Positions 1 through 7,000 of a stretch of 11,441 bases of DNA are shown in pieces. Position 1 is the stretch's first letter; each line of letters starts with the position of its first letter. Source of the stretch: Candidatus Sumerlaeota bacterium (GTDB lineage Bacteria > Sumerlaeota > Sumerlaeia > UBA8349); the NCBI GenBank assembly GCA_003501375.1, contig DNPO01000162.1:1-11441 (forward strand), read 5' to 3'. Made by a program: the position numbers and the translations under genes. The notes beneath the pieces are model-generated. The model was not told the DNA's origin, searched no databases, and saw only the letters and a program-made list of their open reading frames with translations.

Positions 1-28
1 AGGGCGAAACTTCTTTTCACACTGGTTC

Positions 29-1213
29 TTAGAGATTTTTCAAGAACTCACCATACGCTACGACACCCGACCCCAACTGCATCAGGGAAATGTATTCTTC
101 CGCCGCGTGTGCTTGCGCAATGGAACCCGGCCCAAAGACAACCATCGGGATTTTTAATCCCACAAATGCGCTGGCATCTGTTGCGTAGAATGCCACGTCG
201 GTTTCGCGGGGTTGTCCGGCCCGCTTTACCGCGTCAAGCAATGCTTGCACCATGGGAGCATCCACTGGGGTTTCCATCGCGGCATACTGGCACTGCGCTA
301 ACAATTTCGAGTGTACGGGGACGCTGAGTCGCCCCTGCAAATAATCATCCAGTTCCCAGAGACAGCCGTCTGCCGAGCGGCCCGGCAGAATGCGCCAATC
401 CAGAAAAGCCTCACATTGATTGGGGATGATGTTCATCTGGCGTCCGCCGTTTACAATCGTACAGACCAGTGTTTCTGTGCCTAATTGCGGATGCTGTGGC
501 ACGGTTTTGACTTCGGGGCATGTCGCGTTTCCGCTGAGGACGTTGGCAAATGTTTCTACCTCCAGAATAACGCGACTCATTGCGTAAATTGCATTTTGTC
601 CCAATTGCGGGCGCGAACTGTGTGCGCTCACGCCTTGGGTGCTCAGGCGCACACGAATTGCGCCTTTGTGTGCGTTGATCACTTTCAATTCCGTGGGTTC
701 GGCAAAAATGGCACCGCCGATTTCGAGTCCGTCCGGCATGTTTTGCAGGAAGTGTTTTCCGCCTGCCATGTTATATTCTTCGCCGCATGATCCCAGGAAA
801 ACCACGGGTTTACCCGTGGGCCCAGCCTGGAGCGCATAGTCGCGGAAGGCAACCAAGGCCGCTGCCAAAGGCCCTTTGTCATCGCATGACCCACGCCCGT
901 GCAGCAAGCCATCGCGCAACACTGGGTCGAAGGGCGTGGCCATGTCTTTCACGTTCACGGTGTCCATGTGGGCACACAAAAGTTGCGCCTTGCCTTTTTT
1001 CACATCGCCCGCCACGGCGACTACATTTGCCCGGCGCGGCCCGACTTCTTGCAAGACAACATCGATCCCCTGGCCCTCTAACCACGCTTTGATGAATTCT
1101 GCGACATCCTGTTCTCCGTATGGTGATGCGTCGCACGGGGCTTCAAGGGGATTTACGCTGGGGATGGCAATGAGTTCGCGCGCAATTTGAACGACTTCGG
1201 GATAATCAGTCAT
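29..1213 (-). CDS. M20 family metallopeptidase (ArgE/DapE-like acetylornithine deacetylase / succinyl-diaminopimelate desuccinylase family)
   Basis: The translated protein carries the M20 signature motifs: 'AHMDTV' (His-x-Asp metal ligand), 'GRGSCDDKG' (bridging Asp) and 'GEE' (catalytic Glu / metal Glu), plus a C-terminal His ('QAHAAEEY'). It is about 395 aa long, typical for ArgE/DapE. I place the start at the ATG at 1213 (MTDYPEV...), which is preceded by GAGGAG (the reverse complement of 1221-1226) about 8 nt upstream. The ORF track's GTG at 1228 overlaps that RBS. The stop is TAA, the complement of 29-31. Confidence 0.85.
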   Translation of the reverse strand: MTDYPEVVQIARELIAIPSVNPLEAPCDASPYGEQDVAEFIKAWLEGQGIDVVLQEVGPRRANVVAVAGDVKKGKAQLLCAHMDTVNVKDMATPFDPVLRDGLLHGRGSCDDKGPLAAALVAFRDYALQAGPTGKPVVFLGSCGEEYNMAGGKHFLQNMPDGLEIGGAIFAEPTELKVINAHKGAIRVRLSTQGVSAHSSRPQLGQNAIYAMSRVILEVETFANVLSGNATCPEVKTVPQHPQLGTETLVCTIVNGGRQMNIIPNQCEAFLDWRILPGRSADGCLWELDDYLQGRLSVPVHSKLLAQCQYAAMETPVDAPMVQALLDAVKRAGQPRETDVAFYATDASAFVGLKIPMVVFGPGSIAQAHAAEEYISLMQLGSGVVAYGEFLKNL

Positions 1214-1254
1214 GGTTGTGCTCCTCACAAGGTTTTTGCAGTGTACCTTGATTA

Positions 1255-1283
1255 ATTACACCGATTTTGAGGGTTTTTGTCCA
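1255..1283 (-). promoter_or_regulatory. Putative sigma70-like promoter for the M20 peptidase gene (TGGACA-N17-TGTAAT on the minus strand)
   Basis: On the minus strand, TGGACA is the complement of 1278-1283, followed by a 17-nt spacer and TGTAAT (complement of 1255-1260). The predicted transcription start is about 35 nt upstream of the ATG at 1213. This is a by-eye match only. Confidence 0.3.
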
Positions 1284-1431
1284 ATGAAAAATGGGCGCTG
1301 CGTTGTCCAAATTTTTATCTCCGTTGCCAAATGGGTTGCTCCGCAGAGAGCGATTTGCTAAACTCTATCTTGTGATTCTCTGGCTATTTTGCCGGGATTC
1401 CATTTTTTGGGGGGTATTTGAAAGGGGTGCT

Positions 1432-4400
1432 ATGGTGAATAGAACCGGAACAATGATTCTGCTGCTTTGTCTCTTTGCTTTTACGGGTACAACTTGGGCG
1501 CAGTCGTCTACGTCCTCCACGGGGTTGTATTGGCAGCAGTTGGATCCGAAGGCGGATATGGATGCCTTTCGTGCATCGGTAGAAAACGCTGGCGGCAAGG
1601 TTGTTAACCTGACCCCCGAGTACCGGGCGCTAGTGCAATTGCCCACCAGTGTGGCAACGACCGCACGCTTTGCCGGAACGAGTTCTGCTCCAAGCGCAAC
1701 TTCCGTTAAGGAAAAAACCACATCTACTCCAGCGAATCAATCCCGCAGGGCCTTGGGGGCTTTGCGCCGCTCGACCTCCGAGCAGTTGAACGTCTTGCGT
1801 AACCAGAGTGTTAATCCTGTGACGGAAGTGCAGCCGAGTACTCTGGCTCTTGCGCGCGCTGCTGTGCAGAAAAAATCTACCACGACCGCGTCTTCCGCTG
1901 ACTCAACAAAGGCAACCGTATCAGCCAGCACACTGCCTACCTCGGTGGATAACTCAACCTCTATCTATTTCCCGCCCATTGGTGATCAAGGGTGGCAGGG
2001 TTCCTGTACCGCTTGGGCCGCTGGCTACTATTATAACACCTACTTGCAGGCCAAAGATGAAGCGACAACGGCTTCCACCGGAAACACCAGCGTGATATGC
2101 AGTCCGACCTTTTTGTATGATCTGACCAATGATGGTGTTGACTATGGCGCTTACACATCGGATGTCATGACTCAACTGAACAAGTCTGGGTGTTGCTCCC
2201 TTGCGGAAATGGCTTATGATAGTGACAGATACTTTGATTGTACCATTTGGCCCAGCAGCGATGCCTGGGTGGAGGCACTCCCGCGCCGTACCCTATCGAC
2301 CAGTTATGTCTACATGAATTCCAACACCAATATCAACAAGGTCAAGCAACTCTTGGCCAATGGCGAATTGGTGGTCACGGAAACGGACTGCTACTACAAC
2401 TGGTGGGCTGATTATGGTGAAACTGCAACGGGTATTGACAACTGGGTGCTTTATTCCACCGCCAATTCGGAATATGAGGGCGGGCACGCTCTTGCCATTG
2501 TGGGCTATGATGACACCCGCGCTTATAGCGTCAACGGCACCACCAAGTACGGTGCTTTTTTGGTTGCGAACTCTTGGGGCAGCAGTTGGGGCGCGACTAA
2601 TACCAATGGTGACACGGGGTACATGTGGGTGGCTTATGACTACATCAAAAGTACGGGAAATTTTGCGATCGCGTACCACAATGTGGACCGTGAGAAGTAT
2701 CGTCCGTTGGTGTATGCCTTGACGGCAATTGATTGCACGAATCGTAGCGCAATTACTTATTCGGGTGGTTTGGGAAGTAATCCGGCCAGCCCCACGTGGT
2801 CCGGGCCGTCGCCGATTGCTAGAAGTGGCGGTAGTGTCGCGGTCACGAATGCCGAGCCCATCGCGGTGGATTTGACGGATGCGCTGGATTACACAACGGC
2901 CCCTGATCCCAAGAATTTCTTTGTCAAGGTCAGTAACGCGTCCGGTTCGGGTGTTACGGCAACTCTGGCGGATGCTACCCTGTATTACGACTTTGACGAC
3001 ACTGGTACGTATGACTCCATAACCTCTGTCGACTCGGACGTGAGTGTTGCGGCAGGAGCCAAGGAATATGCGCAATTCCCGGTGGTGGCAGTTACCTCTT
3101 TCGCGCTGAATGGCGGGAATAACGCAACGGATAACCCGGTGGTGGCTCTCACTCATTATTGTTATGGGACTCCGGTTTCTTACAAAGCCAGCCAGTATTC
3201 CGATTTCCGGGATGTTGTTAATTGGCTACCCTATTCTTCGGATTTGACCCTGACGCTTTCCACCACGACCATCGGAACGAAGAAGGTTTATTTCAAAGTA
3301 CAAACAGCCGATGGCGATGTGTCTGACGTGGTAAGCGACACGATTGCGTTTTACCTGCCCGTTGTTACCAGTTTGAAAATCAACGGGGGGAGCGCCACCG
3401 CAACGTCGCAGACTGTAACGCTGGACAACTTCTACTCGTCGGTTAGCATTCCTTCCCAGTACCTCGCCAGCGAATCTTCCACGTTTACTGGTGCAGAGTG
3501 GAAATCTTATTCGGCAACCCCAACGTTTACCCTTTCGACTGGTGTGGGGACGAAGCGTATTTATTTCAAAGTACAGAACGCGTACGGCCAGGTTTCCAAT
3601 ACCAAGGTGGATACTATTTCCCTGGCTGCGCCCCGAGTAACCTCATTCAAGATCAACAAGGGGGCTGCCTCTACAGGTGATCCCGTGGTGACTCTGAATA
3701 ACTCATGCAGCGGTTCGCCCACAGCCTACATGATCAGTACCTCGTCTGATTTTGACGGTGCATCGTGGGTGACGGGATATTCGAATGCGTTGTCCTTTAC
3801 GCTTCCCGCGTCAACAGACGGCACCAAGACGGTGTATTTCAAGGTAAAGAACGCTCTGGGTGTGGAATCGCTTCCGGTGAATGATTCTATTGAATTGAAT
3901 AAGGTTGTTCTTGACTCCTTCTCGCTGGCCAGTGCCTACGATGACAATGTGACCACCACTACGGGTCGTTCGGTGAAGTTGGTGCATGCTTATACGAGCA
4001 ACTCTGCTCCTGAGTACTATATGGTCAGTCAGTCGTCGAAATTCAGCGGGGCCAACTGGATACCTTACACTGCTGGTTCTACCATCACTTACTCGCTGAC
4101 AGGGGTGAGCGGCACCAAGACGGTGTATTTCAAGTTGAAGCGGAATGGCCAGGTGTCCAACATCAAACCCAGCACCATTATCCTGAGCCTGCCGGTCATT
4201 AGTTCGTTCAAGTTGGATGGCGGCAACCTGACCACTACAGATGGTACGGTGACGTTGGACAACCAGGTAACGGGTGGCGAAACGATTGCTACCTATGTAG
4301 CCAGTGAATCGTCCTCTTTTGCCGCTTCGTCCGCCACCACCAAGACCGGTTCTTACGGCTTGGCTCCTGCATTTACTCTCTCGACAACGGCGGGAACGAA

Positions 4401-5019
4401 ACGGGTGTATTTCAAGGTGATCAATGCAGCGGGTGAAGTCTCTGCGGTCAAGAGTGCCACGATTAAAAATGTCATTACCATAGGGAAATCCGCCAAGAGT
4501 GCAGCAACCAGTACGGTAACGGCGAGTGCCACGGCAAAAACAACAACCGCCCTGACTGCCACGAAAACCACGACGAATAGTACGGGAACCTCTGCTTCCG
4601 GTACGTCACCGAGCACCACCGTGGTGACGACGGGAACGCAGGGAACCGCGCTGCCCGATTTGCAAGCCGTCGACTACACGCTGTCCTCCGCTGAGACAAC
4701 CGCTGGCACGCTCTATACTGCAACACTGACCATTTCCAACGAGAGTGCTACGGCGGCTGGGAAATTCCATGTGGCGCTTTATCTGTTAACGGATGACACT
4801 TGGAATCTTGACAACCTCTATCTGGTGAAAGAAGTGACGGTTGATGGACTCGCGGCAGGCGACGAAACCACTGCTGTCTGGAACTTCACCATGCCGGTTT
4901 TGGACGACAATATGTACGTGGTTTGCCCGGTGTTTGCGATTGACAGTCAGCAGGAAATTACCCCATTTGATTTGTCCAAGGTGGTTCGGTTTGACTCGCT
5001 TATCACGGTTGCGCCGTAA
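1432..5019 (+). CDS. Secreted multidomain papain-like (C1 family) cysteine peptidase with five tandem ~95-aa repeats, a Thr/Ser-rich linker and a CARDB-like C-terminal domain
   Basis: The start is the ATG at 1432, preceded by the RBS AAAGGGG at 1421-1427. The N-terminus has a signal peptide, MVNRTGTMILLLCLFAFTGTTWA|QSS. C1 catalytic motifs are present: 'GDQGWQGSCTAWAAGYY' (Gln then Cys, Cys codon 2005-2007), 'GGHALAIVGYDD' (His codon 2485-2487) and 'NSWGSSWG..GYMWVAY' (Asn codon 2569-2571). The downstream architecture is listed in the findings. The ORF track begins at 1291, but that upstream ATG has no RBS and would place a second hydrophobic segment before the signal peptide. Confidence 0.85.
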   Translation: MVNRTGTMILLLCLFAFTGTTWAQSSTSSTGLYWQQLDPKADMDAFRASVENAGGKVVNLTPEYRALVQLPTSVATTARFAGTSSAPSATSVKEKTTSTPANQSRRALGALRRSTSEQLNVLRNQSVNPVTEVQPSTLALARAAVQKKSTTTASSADSTKATVSASTLPTSVDNSTSIYFPPIGDQGWQGSCTAWAAGYYYNTYLQAKDEATTASTGNTSVICSPTFLYDLTNDGVDYGAYTSDVMTQLNKSGCCSLAEMAYDSDRYFDCTIWPSSDAWVEALPRRTLSTSYVYMNSNTNINKVKQLLANGELVVTETDCYYNWWADYGETATGIDNWVLYSTANSEYEGGHALAIVGYDDTRAYSVNGTTKYGAFLVANSWGSSWGATNTNGDTGYMWVAYDYIKSTGNFAIAYHNVDREKYRPLVYALTAIDCTNRSAITYSGGLGSNPASPTWSGPSPIARSGGSVAVTNAEPIAVDLTDALDYTTAPDPKNFFVKVSNASGSGVTATLADATLYYDFDDTGTYDSITSVDSDVSVAAGAKEYAQFPVVAVTSFALNGGNNATDNPVVALTHYCYGTPVSYKASQYSDFRDVVNWLPYSSDLTLTLSTTTIGTKKVYFKVQTADGDVSDVVSDTIAFYLPVVTSLKINGGSATATSQTVTLDNFYSSVSIPSQYLASESSTFTGAEWKSYSATPTFTLSTGVGTKRIYFKVQNAYGQVSNTKVDTISLAAPRVTSFKINKGAASTGDPVVTLNNSCSGSPTAYMISTSSDFDGASWVTGYSNALSFTLPASTDGTKTVYFKVKNALGVESLPVNDSIELNKVVLDSFSLASAYDDNVTTTTGRSVKLVHAYTSNSAPEYYMVSQSSKFSGANWIPYTAGSTITYSLTGVSGTKTVYFKLKRNGQVSNIKPSTIILSLPVISSFKLDGGNLTTTDGTVTLDNQVTGGETIATYVASESSSFAASSATTKTGSYGLAPAFTLSTTAGTKRVYFKVINAAGEVSAVKSATIKNVITIGKSAKSAATSTVTASATAKTTTALTATKTTTNSTGTSASGTSPSTTVVTTGTQGTALPDLQAVDYTLSSAETTAGTLYTATLTISNESATAAGKFHVALYLLTDDTWNLDNLYLVKEVTVDGLAAGDETTAVWNFTMPVLDDNMYVVCPVFAIDSQQEITPFDLSKVVRFDSLITVAP
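3091..4485 (+). repeat. Five diverged in-frame tandem coding repeats (period ~270-291 bp, ~90-97 aa each) inside the peptidase gene
   Basis: The units begin at about 3091, 3361, 3634, 3904 and 4195. Each ends in a conserved 'GTK(K/R/T)VYFKV.NA.G.VS....D.I.L' block and begins with 'V.SFKINGG'. The DNA-level echoes are visible at 3288, 3556, 3830, 4120 and 4400 ('gtttatttcaaagtacaaac', 'cgtatttatttcaaagtacagaac', 'acggtgtatttcaaggtaaagaac', 'acggtgtatttcaagttgaag', 'cgggtgtatttcaaggtgatc'). Confidence 0.7.
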
Positions 5020-5047
5020 GCAATTGCCTCGGTTTTTTATCTGATGC

Positions 5048-5088
5048 GGCGGCATCTACTCAGCATGAGTGGGTGCCGCCATTTTTTT
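5048..5088 (+). terminator. Rho-independent terminator downstream of the peptidase gene
   Basis: The segment 5048-5061 pairs with 5067-5080 (ggcggcatctactc / gagtgggtgccgcc), giving a ~14-bp stem with two G-U wobbles and a 5-nt loop 'agcat'. This is followed by 'a' and TTTTTTT at 5082-5088. It lies 29 nt after the TAA stop at 5017-5019. Confidence 0.75.
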
Positions 5089-5103
5089 AAAGACAACAAG
5101 GGA

Positions 5104-5131
5104 TTGCAATAAAACATCCCGCATGTAGAAT
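5104..5131 (+). promoter_or_regulatory. Putative sigma70-like promoter (TTGCAA-N16-TAGAAT) upstream of the bPH_2 gene
   Basis: TTGCAA lies at 5104-5109 and TAGAAT at 5126-5131, separated by a 16-nt spacer. It sits immediately after the terminator and about 50 nt upstream of the ATG at 5182. This is a by-eye match only. Confidence 0.3.
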
Positions 5132-5181
5132 GAAAGGACTGTGGCGATTGTGAATCCGCCATGCCATAAAGACGCTTTACC

Positions 5182-5727
5182 ATGCCCCAGCCTACCCCAC
5201 TCCCCCCCGATGAACTTTCCGCCCGCGTCTTTGCGATCACGCGGCCCGATCCCAATCTGCTGATTCAGTACGTCATCCTGAGCCTCAGCGCCCTGGTTGC
5301 ATTTCCGTTGGTGTTGGCACCCCTTTTGTGCAAATACTTCACGTTGCGTTATCGCTTTGATCCTGAAGGCGTCAGCATGAGTTGGGGACTGCTCTTTCGC
5401 CGTGAGGTCAATTTGACTTATTCGCGGATTCAGGACATTCACCTGTCGCGTGGATTACTGGAACGTTGGCTGGGATTGGGCACTCTGGGCATTCAAACCG
5501 CCTCGGGAAGTTCCGAAGCGGAAATGTCCCTGCCGGGTTTGCGCGACTTTAACGAACTGCGCGATTTTCTGTATGCGCGTATGCGGGGGCATCGGCATCC
5601 GCAACTTAATGCGTTATCCGCCGTTTCTACCGGCAACGTGGATAACGAAGCGGTGGCGTTGTTAAGACAGATACATGAGGATTTGCAAGCGATTCGACAA
5701 GCGACTTCGCGGAATGAAAATATCTGA
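5182..5727 (+). CDS. bPH_2 (bacterial PH domain, YdbS/YdbT-like, DUF304) membrane protein
   Basis: The protein has an N-terminal hydrophobic hairpin ('LLIQYVILSLSALVAFPLVLAPLL') followed by the characteristic bPH_2 core ('RYRFDPEGVSMSWGLLFRREVNLTYSRIQDIHLSRGLLERWLGLGTLGIQTA'). It uses the first ATG after an in-frame TAA at 5167-5169. There is no obvious SD. The stop is TGA at 5725-5727. Confidence 0.75.
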   Translation: MPQPTPLPPDELSARVFAITRPDPNLLIQYVILSLSALVAFPLVLAPLLCKYFTLRYRFDPEGVSMSWGLLFRREVNLTYSRIQDIHLSRGLLERWLGLGTLGIQTASGSSEAEMSLPGLRDFNELRDFLYARMRGHRHPQLNALSAVSTGNVDNEAVALLRQIHEDLQAIRQATSRNENI

Positions 5728-5750
5728 TTAATTTTCAGGAGAATAACAAA

Positions 5751-6968
5751 ATGCGTTGTATTGGGTGTTGTGTTCTTTCTATTCTTTGCGCCTTTTGCGT
5801 CCTCGGTTCCGCTTCTGCCGCCGAACAAAAAGACAAAGGTAAATCTGCGGCCTCTACCGTTGAGCAAAAAGACAAATCTAAATCTGCTGGCACAGCGGTT
5901 GCCGGTAAGAGCGGCGAAGTCGGTAAAGGTTCTGAAGCAAAACCTCCCGTGCCCGTGTTGGCTACCAACGCTGAAGTCACTTCGGTCTCAGTCAAACTTT
6001 CCGCTATTGGTATCGTGGAGCCGCACGCGACGGTGCTGATCAAGGCAATGGTGAGCGGTCAGTTGTTGGAAGCGCGTTTCAAAGATGGGCAGGATGTGAA
6101 AAAAGGCGATGTGTTGTTTATCATTGATCCGAAGCCTTACGAGGCGGCTTTGCGCAAGGCGGAAGCGAATTTGACGCGTGATACGGTGGACGCGCGCAAC
6201 GCCGAGGTGGAACATACGCGCTACGATGATCTGATGAAGAAGAACGTGGTCTCCAAGGATGAGTTCGACAAGTCGCGCACGACGGCGGAAACCAAGGGGG
6301 CGCAGGTGCAGGCGGATAAGGCTGAGGTAGAAAATGCCCGGTTGCAACTGGAGTATTGCACCATCCGATCACCGCTCGATGGACGCACTGGCAGTCTGCT
6401 GATAGACGTGGGCAATCTGGTCAAGGCCAACGATACGCCCGGCTTGGTTAACATCCATCAGACTTGCCCGATTGATGTGGCGTTCTCCATTCCCGAGCGG
6501 GAGTTGCCCGGCGTTAAACGCGCGATGGATACGGGCGCTCCGCTCAAGGTTGAAGTGGTGATTCCCGGTGACGAGGCGATGGTTCAGACGGGTACGTTGT
6601 CCTTCCTCGACAATGAGGTGGATCGCAACACGGGTACGATTCGTCTGAAGGCGGAATTCAAAAATGCCGAGCGTCGTTTGTGGCCAAAGTTGTTTGTCAA
6701 CGCAACGCTGTATCTTGGCTCGGAAACCGATCGCGTGGTGGTGCCGTCCGAGGCGGTGCAAACTGGACAAAAGGGTGTGTTTGTTTCGGTGATTCAACCT
6801 GACAATTCGGTGGAAAATCGCCCGGTAAAAACGGGGCGCGTGGTGAACGGCAAAACAGTGATTGAATCCGGTGTCAAGGGGGGCGAACTGATCATCACCG
6901 ATGGCCATTTGCGCCTGACTCCCGGAGCCAAGGTGGTGGTGAAAAAGAGCCTGACCGCTGAGGAATAA
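5751..6968 (+). CDS. Efflux transporter periplasmic adaptor subunit (membrane fusion protein, AcrA/MexA/HlyD_D23 family)
   Basis: The RBS AGGAGA at 5737-5742 sits 8 nt before the ATG. The N-terminal signal peptide is MRCIGCCVLSILCAFCVLGSASA|AEQ. A lipoyl/hairpin region ('MVSGQLLEARFKDGQDVKKGDVLFIIDPKPYEAAL') and the blocks 'LQLEYCTIRSPLDGRTG' and 'GTIRLKAEFKNAERRLWPKLFVNATL' line up block-for-block with the corresponding AcrA/MexA segments. The protein is about 405 aa. Confidence 0.9.
   Translation: MRCIGCCVLSILCAFCVLGSASAAEQKDKGKSAASTVEQKDKSKSAGTAVAGKSGEVGKGSEAKPPVPVLATNAEVTSVSVKLSAIGIVEPHATVLIKAMVSGQLLEARFKDGQDVKKGDVLFIIDPKPYEAALRKAEANLTRDTVDARNAEVEHTRYDDLMKKNVVSKDEFDKSRTTAETKGAQVQADKAEVENARLQLEYCTIRSPLDGRTGSLLIDVGNLVKANDTPGLVNIHQTCPIDVAFSIPERELPGVKRAMDTGAPLKVEVVIPGDEAMVQTGTLSFLDNEVDRNTGTIRLKAEFKNAERRLWPKLFVNATLYLGSETDRVVVPSEAVQTGQKGVFVSVIQPDNSVENRPVKTGRVVNGKTVIESGVKGGELIITDGHLRLTPGAKVVVKKSLTAEE
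5823..5900 (+). repeat. Imperfect 39-bp tandem duplication (x2) in the adaptor N-terminal linker
   Basis: The units are 5823-5861 (gaacaaaaagacaaaggtaaatctgcggcctctaccgtt) and 5862-5900 (gagcaaaaagacaaatctaaatctgctggcacagcggtt), about 29/39 identical. They encode EQKDKGKSAASTV / EQKDKSKSAGTAV in a Lys/Ser/Gly-rich, presumably disordered segment. Confidence 0.6.
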
Positions 6969-7000
6969 AAAGCGTTGGGCTTATCTTTAGAACAGCCGAG

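Noticed and set aside
1214-1228. GTG start at 1228 for the M20 peptidase.
   Set aside because: The GTG sits inside the GAGGAG Shine-Dalgarno that serves the ATG at 1213. The ATG start gives the usual M20 N-terminus.
1291-1431. ORF-track N-terminal extension of the peptidase gene (start at 1291).
   Set aside because: The extension has no RBS. A textbook signal peptide begins at the internal ATG at 1432, which has an AAAGGGG SD. The extension would place a second hydrophobic stretch ahead of the signal peptide.
2293-3156. 287-aa minus-strand ORF antisense to the peptidase gene. Related cases: 6369-6908 antisense to the adaptor, 8810-9550 antisense to GT2/yggS, and 10745-11407 antisense to SPFH.
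   Set aside because: They are Arg-, Cys- or Ser-rich low-complexity translations typical of the antisense frame of GC-rich coding DNA. They have no domains and no RBS, and each is fully embedded in a well-supported gene on the other strand.
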